A DNA stretch of 64,000 nt from Podospora anserina (Eukaryota), in contig CM030335.1 in the NCBI GenBank assembly GCA_017654855.1, positions 2,914,001 through 2,978,000 of the forward strand, read 5' to 3'. Shown here one piece after another: positions 1 to 11,654 of this stretch. The notes below the pieces were generated by a model, which had not been told where the DNA came from, did not search any database, and saw nothing but the letters and a program-made list of their open reading frames with translations. Both the position numbers and the translations under genes were made by a program. Position 1 is the first letter of the stretch. Each line of letters starts with the position of its first letter.

Positions 1-1961
1 CTCTGGAAGTGGTCATGCGGATATATAACCCGAATCCGAATTGGTGGTTGACCATCCGAACCCGTGCTGTTATCTCTTGTCCCCTTTCGATAAACAGATT
101 TGGTAGATAGGTAGTTATCTGGGTGCCACTCGCTGGTTTTCCCATTTCTAGCGACCAGCCCCGTGTATGCACTCTGTACGCCAGCAGGTTGGTTGTGGTG
201 GTGTCGTGTGGGTGCTAATCTTCAACGTCTTTCTGCCCAAGCCAACCAGATGCTCTTGTCACGGTTTTGTCACCATGGCAGTGGCAAGGGGGGAAATAAC
301 TTTTGAAAAAGCGCAACCTATCGGCATTGAGCATCTCGTCGAGAATGACATTTTTTTTCACAGAGTGAAATTAGAATCATCCTCGAATGTCCCCCCAACT
401 TCTGATCTTCAGTTGGTGGTCGTGCGACTACCAACAACAACCCTGGCCTATATCCCTACCTACCCCAGCTCCAACCCTTGCTTCGACTGCAAAGAAAGCC
501 AAGCCTCACCGATGACACCGTCCCTGAAGTCTCGCTTGCGCGACGGGCCAGCGGCGGGGAGGAGTAGGTGCAAACCAACCCCGCTCACGATACCATCACA
601 CTCACTTGCTCACGTGGTCTGCATTCGATGGTCAGAAAAATAGTGAGGGTATCACAGCTATTCCATTCCCTTCCATCTTCAGGCGTTCAATCAGCATATA
701 CGCTACCGGTACAGCACCTCTCTTCCTTCTACCGATCATACACAGCAGCACCACAACAACCGCCAACTTTCCCACAATCCACCCACCCACCTCTTCTCAC
801 TTCGACAGTCCCATCTTCGCACTAAGTCAGCATCCTCCTCCTCTTGATCCATTCCCCACCTTCTCCCTCCTTCCACATCGGTATAAGATATATGGTATAT
901 GTTATAGCAAAAATAAGTAACCGCGCAGGTAAATCTCCTTCTCCTCAGTCAGTCGCTCACCAAACCTTCCAACCTTGTACATCCATCCATCCCACTCACC
1001 ACACCCCCCCACCCCCACCTTTTATCCTCCAAAACCACTTTTCACATCAAACTCCAACTCATCTCACAATCATCAAAACAAAACGAGAATAAAACCACAG
1101 GAAACAATAAAAAAAAAGCTACTAAAAAGATTTCCCAGCCCCTTGCTATGCTAAAAGCCGTTGCCACCCCCGTCCTTTTCACTCCGATAAGAGAAGAAAA
1201 GAGAAGAAAAGAAAGCCACGAAAAAAAAATACGAAGACTATGTAAAGAATAATAAACATGTCCCGCTTAAGAAATATACATGGTGTTATGAATGAGAATG
1301 AAGCCCTTGACCCCCCAGAAAAAAGAAAAAAACTCCCATAAACGCCTCCTTGTCTCGCCTTGTGCAATGAATATGTGTTGTCGCTTCCCATAATCCCTTG
1401 TTTCCCCGCCGCCATTTGCCTCATCCCTCGGAATGAAGCAGCCCTCCCGTTTCATATACTCGCTGGTATGCTTTTGAAAAAACACACGTGCCCCGTTGTC
1501 GTCATCTTTCCCGAAAACAAAGAGAAACCCAAAAAGGAGCCGAACCCCGATTACCCTTCTCTTATACTCCCCTTCCCCGCTAGCCTACCGTCGCTGTTGA
1601 AAAGCGAGAAAGAGAAGAAAAAAGACACTTTTCCTGTCCCCCCCCTCCCAAGAATCTTTCCCTTCGTGATCGATGAAACCCGTGAAAAACCGTTGAATCG
1701 GCAATGTGTGCTGTTTAGGTGGATATACATTGGTGTGTTTGCGTGTGTGTGCATGAATGTTTATGGTGGCGGTGGTTTGTATCATTGTGGTATCAAATAA
1801 AAAACAGTGCCGCGTCGTCGTGCTGTCCCATGTGGGACTGTCGCTTGGTTCTAGAGACAAGAAAGAAATCCCCGCTTATTTATAGAGGCGGTCGAGCATC
1901 ATGTCCTTTCCCTGCTACTTATTCTCAGTTAGCTCCGGTGTTGCTGAAAGCACATGCTGGT

Positions 1962-3199
1962 TCAGATTCCAAGTTGGCCGCTGGGTTCGACTACATTTTC
2001 CTGAAGGTTGACAACGAGCTGGTGCAGACAACGCTTTGTTGCGGCGTCATCCCGAAGGACGGCGGCAAAAGTGTTGTCTCGCAGAGGCTCTGGGAGGCAC
2101 TGACGCAACGCCTCACGGGCTCTCGCATTATCGCTCAACCTGTTGCGCACCTAGTCAGCGTGACGCTGGTAGACAGCGACCAAGGAGTACTCACCTAAGG
2201 AAGCATCGCACAACATGCTTCAGGAGCCTAGCCGTTTGCTGTTCGACAAGCTGGCCCACCATGTTGCTCAACACTGTCCCGACCGCATAGAATCGCTCGT
2301 ATGTGGCGCAAATATAGTTGAGGCCGTTGTCGTCGAGCAGAATCTTCTGGACAATGAAAATCGCCACCGTCTTGCTGAGCTCGGACCCCGTCTCCATGAT
2401 GCGAAGACACAGAGGAATGATCTCGGTGGTCAACAGGAAGTTGATCACCTCAGTCGAGTCATTCTTAACCAGCGCACCAATCACTCCCAACGACGTGAGC
2501 CGCAAGTATTCGAACGGCCTAGACTTGGAGGTTGTGTTGAGGAATGGATACAGGAAAAGAGGAATATGAGCTGGAAGGTATGTCAGCAAGCATATCAAAA
2601 AGCAATAAACTATAGCCGGCGCGCCTTACCGCTTAGGAACAATGTGCGTGTCTCGTTGTGCGACGCAACACACTGGAGGAGAGCCAGCGCGTTGCACACT
2701 CTGTTGGAAGCCGCCGCAGTGAGTTGCGATGGGTTCAACAAGCTGTACACGCTGATGATCTCTTGAAGGAGCGAGGTCATGACGCCTAATGTCACTTGTT
2801 AGCCTAAAGTATGCCACAGAAAGGAGGCGGAGATATCCTACCAAACGAGTGCCACAAGATAAGTGCCAACTCGGGTACCTGTTCCCGCTTCTTGCTGAGC
2901 TCCAACAAGGCCGCCTCGCGCGTGTTCTCATCAAGCAGATCGGCGATGTACTGCAGTGTCCGTCTATTGTCCTCCGAGACGGACGCATCCAACGAGCTCT
3001 CCTGCGCGTGGCTCTGCGCCAGGGCATTGACGCCATTGTGAGCGCCAGCCAGGCGGTTGTGATATTGCTGCTGGGCCACATTCACAGCACCCTGAGCAGC
3101 GGCCTGGACGTGGTGCTGGTGCGATGTCTGCTGGTGCATCCAGGCCGAGTCCGCCTGGGGATACTGGTGGTGGCCATATACGTGCGGGTTGGGCATCAT
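1962..3199 (-). CDS. RCD1: CCR4-NOT subunit Rcd1/Caf40 (CNOT9); 4 exons, introns about 2786-2841, 2571-2629, 2140-2194
   Basis: Spliced ORFs give [68 protein letters not shown] and [17 protein letters not shown]. The GT-AG introns have CTAAC/CTGAC-type branch sites. Confidence 0.97.
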
Positions 3200-4149
3200 C
3201 TTGTCGGCGGTGGAAGCGCGTGATTGTGCCGGCGTAGCGAGAGAGGCAGATGAAGACGGGGGTAGGTAGCAGGTAGCGGTTGCGCGATGTGAAATTGTGG
3301 AGATAGCAGACAAGATAGGTATGTTGGTTTCTTTCTGTTATCTAGTATGGCCAGTTTGCTGAGAAGAAGAAGGTGGGACAGTATCGAGAGTGGGCGCGGA
3401 CGTCATGAGCTGGGTGCTTGTCGGTCGGTGGTTTGTGTGGTTGAGTGGAAGCTTGGTTGGAGGGGTGGTTAAAGATGGGAGTTTCTTGTCGGGCAGGGTT
3501 GCTGCTGGGTGGAGGATGCATCGAAGCGTCCAGAGTTCAGAGCCGCACTTTGACGGCGGTTTTCGGCTGTCGAGCACGGGCCACTGTGGGGGATTCTCTC
3601 TTGCTCCTTGGCTTGGGCCTATTGGGCTGGGCTGCTCCTTTATCTTGGCAGCCAAGATGGGACTGGCCGTTTGTAAAGCTCGTCCGTCTGCTCTTTGTGT
3701 AACGTCCGGAGAATTCCTTCCTTGTGTCCGTCTGCAGCAGCTGGTCATCTTCCTCACTTGCATTGCATCATGTGGCTAGGGTTTCTGTCGTCCTATTTAC
3801 TTGCTCCCTATTCACTTGCTCTCTAATCACTTTCATCCTATCTAGTGTCATTGTAAAGAGCATCCAGTTTAAAATATCACTACAGAATAGATAGCTAATA
3901 GGAAGAAGAGAAACACCGAGAGCTGAACCAGGCCTCAATATAGTAACCTTTTAAAACGCCAAAATCAAACCCCGCCAAACCCGGTGCTCTGGACCGCAGA
4001 GACTATCAGACCTCTAGTCTACCCAAGGGATATCTATCTATAGCAACCAGCCCTAGTATAACTCCCAATACCAAAACAAAACAATCAACCATAACACCAT
4101 CCCAATGCAATGCCTCCTCCCAGCCCAATCCCCTTTTCCTTTCCCAAAA

Positions 4150-7100
4150 CTACAAAAATACAAAGAAAACAACCGCAACCCCCCCAAGAAGCAACGCCGA
4201 AACAGCCCCAGGATGAGCCTCCTTCATCGCTCCACTCCCAACAACAACAATCGCCGGCCCAGAGCTACTAGAAGAAGCTAAATCGGTGCTCTCGGCCCCC
4301 AAAGCGGCGGCGGCAGCCGTTTCAACGCTGGGCGAGTCGTTCATCCCTGCCTGAGCCGCAGCAGCAGCAGGTATCGTTCCGTTCCCAGCCGACGTCGTGG
4401 CATCGATCGGGTATATTACCGTCAGTTTGAATACTGATGTTGGTGCGCTGCCAGCCGTGTCAGCATTCGTCGGGGAAGGAGTGTTATCAGTCATGGAGGA
4501 GGTTATCGGACCTGTTCCGCCGTTGCTACCTTTACCGTCTTTTCCCTCACCCCCACCAGATGCCGTTGACGTGGGCGCAGGACGCCTGTTGTTGTCGTCG
4601 TCGCCGTTGGATCCGGCGTCTGTTGTGGTCTGCGAACCGCCTTCGCTGCAGGTGCTACATGGGCTGTTGGGGTCTTTGCCCTCGCCGTTGTTGTTCTCTC
4701 CGTTTTGGCCATCGCGATTGCCTCCGTTGCCCATATTGTCCTTGTTGTCCTTGTTGTCCTTGTTGTCCTTGTTGTCCTTGTTGTCCTTGTTGTCCTTGTT
4801 GTCCTTGTTGTCCTTGTTGTCCTTGTTGTCCTTGTTGTCTTTGGAGTCAGTGCCGCCAGTGGATGTGCTGTTTCCGCGGCCACCGCCCATGTTGTTGCAG
4901 TCGCCTCCCGGGCGCTGGCAAGGGCTATCAGAGCCGGACCCAGAGCTGCCTCTATCGTCGCCGTTGCCGTTATCCTTGTCCTTGTTATCCTTATTGCCCT
5001 TGTCCATACCGTCCATGCCATCCTTATTGTCCTTGTTATCACGGTCGTTCTGGTCATCATCACCAGAGCCCCCTCGAGAGCCACCAGATCCATAGTCACG
5101 GTTGTTGCCATCTCGGTCCTTATCATCCTTATTCTCACGACCATCATCGGTGCTGCCACGATCTGAACCAGAACCAGAGTCGCCCCTGTCCTTTCCGTCC
5201 TTGTTGTCACCACCGTGGATGCTCTCGCAGATATCGCATGGCTCCTTGTTGTCAGATCCCGAGTCACCACCATTGCGCCCGCCGTCTCTGTTATCGTCAG
5301 AGCCGGCGTTGCCGGAGCCGGAGCCGTTGGAACCGCCCTTGTTGTCCTTGTTATCCTTGTTGTCCTTGTTATCCTTGTTGTCATTATCCCCACCGCCATT
5401 CACGCTGTCGCAAATATCGCAGGGCTCATCATCACCGTTTCCATTCCCATTGCCGTTACCGTTATCGTTTCCGTTGTCGTTTCCGTTACCATTGCCGTTG
5501 TTGTCTTTATTATCACCACCGTTGATCTGGTCACAAACATCACAGCCAGAGTCCGATCCTGACCCTGACCCCGACCCGTTGCCAGATCCTGATCCAGAAT
5601 CACTACCAGATCCAGACCCAGATCCCGACTCCGACCCAGAATCAGCTCCAGCACCAGCAGTAGCACTCGCCCCCGCCTCCGCCCCAGCAGTAACAGTAAC
5701 CGTAACCGTAACCGGCTCAGGAGTAGCCTCACATCCTGCTCCTGCTCCCGTAGTATCAGCGACCATAATCGTCGACACAAACGTAATCGTAGACGTAACC
5801 GCCACGTTCGCCTCGTCAGTAACAGTGATGGTAACCTCCTGCGTGAGCGTCGTAAGAGCCCTTGATGCCCCCGCCGTAGCGTTAGCACCTGCCCCAGCAC
5901 CAGCACCAGCACCAGCATCTCCAGTGCCAACAACCCCCGGGTTGGGGAGGACACCAGGGGCAACGGTAGTGGTGATGACGGTAGGTTGCCCGGCGGCGTC
6001 GGTTGTGCTGATGGTGGCGATTGTTGCTGCTGCTCCTGCACCGGCGCCAGCATCGGCGGTAGCGGTGGCGTTTGCTGCTGCTCCGGCACCGGCATTCGCA
6101 TCGGCCCCGGCCCCGGCCCCGGCTTCCGCTCCGGCACCAGCACCTGCAGTAGCGGTAGCGGCAGCATCTGCTCCAGCAGTGGCAGTAGCACCAGCACCAG
6201 CATTCGCATCAGCGCCCGCACCCGCACCCGCAGAAGCCCCAGCACTAGCATTTGCACTGGCTGCCGCTCCGGCATTAGCACCAGCACTGGCGTTAGCATC
6301 AGCTCCTGCGTTGGCACCGGCTCCGGCGCTGGCAGTTGCTGCTGCGTCTGTCCCAGCTCCGGCATTGGCATCAGCCCCGGCTCCTGCTCCGGCAGTAGCA
6401 TTGGCGGCAACATCGGCTCCGTCACCCCCAGCGAGAGTAGAAGTGACAGTTGCGACGGCTCCAGCAGCATCAGTTGCTGTGATGACTGTGACAGCTCCTG
6501 CTCCGGCTCCAGCAGCACCGCCAGCCAAGGTGGAAGTGAGGGTTGCTACCGAGCCGGCGGCATCAGTGGTGGTGATGACTGTCACCGCGGCATCTGCCCC
6601 AGCTCCTGCGCTGGCACCGGCACTGGCACCAGCGTTGGCATCAGCACCTGCACCTGCACCAGCGGTAGCATTGGCAGAAGCATCAACTCCAGCAGTGGCA
6701 CCCGCTCCGGCAGCAGCGATGGTAGATGTGAGAGTAGCCGCCTGACCGTCGGCACCGGTGGTGATAATTGTGGTGACTTGTTCTCCTCCGGCAGCAGCGC
6801 CAGCCCCGGCATTCGCATCGGCACCAGCACCAGCAGTAGCATTACCAGCTGCTCCAGCATCGGCCCCAGCCCCAGCAGTTGCGTTACCAGCAGCACCGGC
6901 CCCGGCTCCAGCAGTGGCAGAAGCATCAGCCCCAGCTGTAGCTGTAGCCGTAGCCCCAGCAGTGGCAGAAGCATCAGCACCAGCACTGGCACCAGCACCA
7001 GCCTCACCCCCTGCTCCCGCTCCAGCATTCCCATTAATCGTCTCATTAACCATCACCAACCCACTCCCCACAACCCCACTCGTAACACCACACCCCTCCA

Positions 7101-8066
7101 AAAAGCCCTGCAAGTCAAACCCCCCCCTCCCCTCCCCCGTCTCACTCCCCGCAATCTCCGCCAACCCAATCTGAACCCCCTCCTCAATAACCAACGGCTG
7201 AGGCTGGGTATACAGCATAGTAATCATCATCACCTGCCCCGTCCCATTTCCCCCATTGACCATCATAAACGGCACCAGCGGGTTCGTCTCCGACGTCAAC
7301 ACCGGGTTCTCAAAATCCCGCAGTCTCAGCCCCGACTGGAGGTACGTCAAGGACAACTGTGCTGCTGCAACGAGCGAAGTGGGATCGAAGACTGCAAAGG
7401 AGGAGATATTAAGAGACATGGAGAGACCAACGGCGAGGTAAGTTCTGTTGAGGGCTCCCTGAGGAAAAAGGAGGATTGGTTCTTGAGTGAGATCTACAGA
7501 GGGGGTTAGTTATCAGAGGAAGAAACAAAAGGAGTGGAGGAAGGGGGTATACCGTCAAAGGTGCATTGCCCTCCGGGCGGGAGGATAGTATTCCCGATTT
7601 TCATGAGAACATTCTTTGGTTGGGGTGGCTGCTGGGCATCGCCAGCGCCATTTTCACCACCTTGTCCGTTGCCGGCTTGTCCTTGACCGTTGCCGTTGCC
7701 ATTTCCATTGCTGGATCCGCCACGGAATCTCCCTCTCCATCTACTCCTCCAGCTTTGACCTCTTCCACTGCCGCTGTACCCTCCTCCATATCCACCCCCA
7801 TAACCACCGCCACCACCATTAAACCCAGGACCGGCAGCGGTAGGGTCAAAGTTCTCCCCGTTTGGACCAGGGCTGTCAACAGCTGTGTTGAATTCGCCAT
7901 CTGGACCAGGGCCGTCGACATTGTTGTTATTGTTGCCATTGTTGCCACTTCCAAACCCAAACCCAAAGCTCCCACCAAAGAACCCACCTCCCGGGGCACG
8001 AGAGAAAAGCCCTGCTTGGGCTGTAGAGCCCAAGAGGGAGACGGCAAAAACGGGCAGCAGTTTCAT
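4150..8066 (-). CDS. Large secreted, probably GPI-anchored, low-complexity cell-surface protein (about 1280 aa); one intron 7494-7552
   Basis: The signal peptide MKLLPVFAVSLLGSTAQA is joined in frame to the 1089-aa ORF by a GTATAC...CTAAC...TAG intron. It has Ala/Gly/Thr repeats, DNK repeats and a hydrophobic C-terminus (AVSALLLGGVAVVFFVFL). Confidence 0.85.
4736..4839. repeat. Coding 9-bp minisatellite (TTGTCCTTG)n, about 11 copies, encoding (DNK)n
   Basis: Near-perfect tandem array read directly from the sequence. Confidence 0.95.
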
Positions 8067-9539
8067 TTTGGGCCGCTATCCCTCTGTTACCAAAGCAGAG
8101 ATAAGACGATGTCGTGTAATGTCAAGTAGATAAAGAGACAAAAGAGAAAAGTATATCAAAAAAAAAAGATGAAGGTGTGTTACCAAGCATAGGGAGAAGA
8201 GAAACGTAACCAAATTTCTTCTTGTGATACTTGGTCAATTGAGAATTCAAAAATGCGAAGAGAGAAGAAAACTCTGAATGATGGGATGAAAGGAGAAAGA
8301 AAGTCCTGGGGATAGGCCGCCTTGAATATCACCTCACTTAACCTGGATACCAAGCCAAGGTCGACCTGTCGTGACGGACCACTACGCGGACGAAATGGAA
8401 CAAGCACAAGGTCATGATACAATCAACCTGGTCAACGGTTGAGAGCCCATTCCTAGCATAGAACTTACATAACGTTCCTTGCATAATGTGAAGATAAGGT
8501 GGCGGTCGGCTTGAAGTTGACCCTCGTCTGAGCAACTCTATCTTGCTTTCAGTAGAGACGGGACAGGTTAGATGAGAAGGGCAAAGGACCACAAGTTTGG
8601 TACTGGGGACCAGATGGGGACCCCGGCCCGGCCGTCCTGTGATGGGGACTAACAGCACTTGCTGGCATTTGTGCTGTGTAGATGATGGATAACAGGGAGA
8701 ACGAGTTTCCGTTGGAGACTTCTCCAAAGTATGGCTGTGGGATGTGCTGCTAGCCGGTTTCAGTAGCTCAGTGTATGGCAGGCCAACCACTAATGTGCGC
8801 TGTGTCCGGGCTTCCAAGGCCGGTCGGGCCTGATCTGTTTGGACTTGGATTACCGGCCGGCCCGGGCTCCGGACTGGGCTAGGTCTAGGACCAGATGAAC
8901 ATTCACGATGAGAGATCTGCACTAGTTGGCTTCACTTGAGATGTGAGTCGTGTTGGTTGGATATAATGACTAAGAGAGGTCTGGACAAACAGACCCCAAA
9001 CGAGACAAGCATGGCAGTGTCCAAGTGCAAGTCTAAAGTGCCGGTTGGGGACGGGAGCTGGGGGCTGTGGCAAGCTAAGATCTGAGATCTCCCCTTCCCG
9101 CCTGTCATCATAAATTTGCGGAAGATGTTCTTGGAAGCGGTTTGGCCTGGCTGGCCTCGCGGGAGAGCGGCACAGATCATCTGCGGCGGTTGGAGAGCTG
9201 CGCCGTGCGGCACCGAGGTGTCGGCTCACCTTGGCATGTCACCTTTAGCCTCTCTGGGAGAAGAAAAGACTGGGAAGGAGTACGGCTTCCCCATGTTCCA
9301 AAGTCCATGGCCGGAGGAGGTCGTTTCGGATATGTTTGGAAACGCCAAGCTCTGGATTTCTCTGGTTGCTGGTCAAGGCCTCGGGTTTGTTTTCTGGGCT
9401 TCTCGGTTTGTTCCAGCTCAAGATAGAAACATGGCGTTCCAATAACGGCCAAGTGTTTTGGGAGGGTAGTTTCCTTGTGGTGCAAAAGTCTTGGAATAGA
9501 CAAATAACAATGATGATGCTCGTCGATTGGGAGCTATTC

Positions 9540-10390
9540 CTATTAAAACTAGGACTTACAACTTGATCAGGTTATAATTATAGGTATATTATTGGTTATA
9601 ATATTAGTTAGCCGAAAAAGCCGAAAATTAGTGGACTGGTAGTATTAGGAGTGTTGATATACTTTATAAAAGCTAAGACCTCTTTTCTTTATAATTTACC
9701 TTGCGTAATCCCGTTAGTTTTCAATAAACCTAGCAGTTTAAAGTTATATAATATTACCTTATTTTTAGGCTTTAAATTTAGTATATCCCTTTAGCCAAAG
9801 CGGCGCTGCTTTTCCCGAGCTCTACATCCTGTTCTCCCATGAGCTTCGCTTTAGTGCCGTGACACAATAATATTTAATTTATAAATTTTCTTTTTCAATT
9901 TATCGTTTATTTATTTATTATTTTTTCAAATTTAAACTTTTTAGATTAAATTTTGTAATATTTACTTTAGAACTTTATAGTCGAAGATATTTACTATAAA
10001 TTATTAATTTAAATTATTTCAATTAGTAACTTTAATGAAATATACTATATTTTATATTGTGGGTAATTATAATAATAATAAAATTAGAGCTTTATTTATG
10101 AAAAATTATTATTGGATTTATAACTATTAAAACTACAAGTAATAAATTAATTAAATATATAATTATAAGTATAAGTATAATATTGATTATAATACTAATT
10201 AACTAAAGAAATCGATAACTAATGGAAAGGTAATACTAAAAGTATTTAAATACCCTATAAACCCCAAAACCTCCTTTCCCTATATAGCTCACCTCACGTA
10301 ATCCCGTTAGTCCCCCACAGACCTGGCGGCCTAGCGCCATGCAATACTACCTTATTTCTCAGGCCTTAAATTCAACAGTCCCCTCTCTCG
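9540..10390. mobile_element. AT-rich, RIP-like degenerated repeat island with two ~250-bp diverged direct copies (about 9540-9795 and 10124-10390); LTR-like relic
   Basis: Abrupt AT-rich, TpA-rich composition. The copies share CGTAATCCCGTTAGT and align mostly with C/T and G/A differences. CGTGACA at 9858-9864 resembles a TG..CA LTR terminus. Confidence 0.7.
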
Positions 10391-11654
10391 CCAACTAATT
10401 CTATGGGCACGTGCTGAAGTTGAGGCCATTGTTTTTGGAAGACGCTGAGATGGGCGAGAATCATACACACCATACGACGTTCCGCAGCATGCTGATTTCT
10501 GACTGATTTCTGATATCGGGTCTTGTTGGTGGTGGGTGGTGATGATGCAGGTCGATGCAGGGCGGAAGCTGTACACCTGTTGGTTGAGATGAACGATGGG
10601 CGATAATGGCAGGCTGCAGAGCACGAACCAACCGCTCAAGAGATGCCCTTCTGGGAGAGATGCATGAGGGTTAGGGTTCACAGCATATGCTCAGGTGGAA
10701 TCAGAGCTCCGTGGTCGGGTGTTTGCCGTGTTTGACAGGCCTCTAGATGACAATAAATATCTCAGAGGCTCTCTGCTGTGTTTCCCCATCAAAAGTTCCG
10801 TGTCACTTGTGTGGGAAGCGCAATTGGCGACAAAAGAGGAGGCGGCGATGATGGCAGAACGGTTCGCCCAGGAGCAGAGAGGTTGGAGCCGGTCCGGACC
10901 TCCTTGGCATTAATTGGCACCACCGTTAGCGCGGATCTTGGCTCCCGCTTGCGCAGAACCCGGGGAGGGGTGTCGGATGGAACGTCAACCGGAGCAGCCA
11001 CTCAGAGATCGAGACTCTTGATATCTGACCCGACAGCGACTTGCTTGTGATGCCTGACGATGTCCCGGCGCTGCCCCCGGTTGCTCTGCTGACCCCTTGT
11101 TGGAGGGATGGGAGGAGGAGAGGAGGGTTACCAGAGAAAAGCATCAGCTGAACAAAGGCGAAAGCGGCCAGGGCGGCGGGAACTGAGCGAACTGAGCGAG
11201 ACACAGCGCCCGCTCCCCCGTTGCCCGTCAATTGCCCGCCAAGTACTGAGGGATCACTCAGGCAGCTGTGGGTGCCTCATCAATCCTGTTTCATCAACCA
11301 CACAAGAAAGGCTAACGAGAAGCTTGTTTCTCGACTCAGCCCGGTGCGCCGTCACGTGGAAATGGCGATACCGAGCAGAGCTACCTGCCCAAGATAGCAA
11401 CCCATGGACATGCAGCAAACAGCCCGGTCCGGGGGCATATTCTGTCAGAAGTGATATATAGTCATCTCCATCTCCCCCGACTCCTCCAGGTCAGGTCCCC
11501 GTGCCCCAGGTCATTTTGTTTCGACCACATCTGGAGACGAGACCGGCCCTCTTTCCCTCGACCTTTTTCTTCTCTTTTCGGCGACTTTGTTCTTGTTGTG
11601 CTCGCTCGTTGTCTGACACGTCCATCAACACAAAACGGACGTACCACACACACG

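Noticed and set aside
1-1900. Several short ORFs
   Set aside because: Low-complexity, homopolymer-rich UTR or intergenic sequence with no recognisable protein motifs.
4736-4839. Regular repeat as a possible CRISPR-like array
   Set aside because: No spacers; it is a coding minisatellite in a eukaryotic gene.
4397-7509. Long plus-strand ORFs (Cys-Pro or Ala-Pro rich, metallothionein-looking)
   Set aside because: Antisense shadows of the repetitive minus-strand gene.
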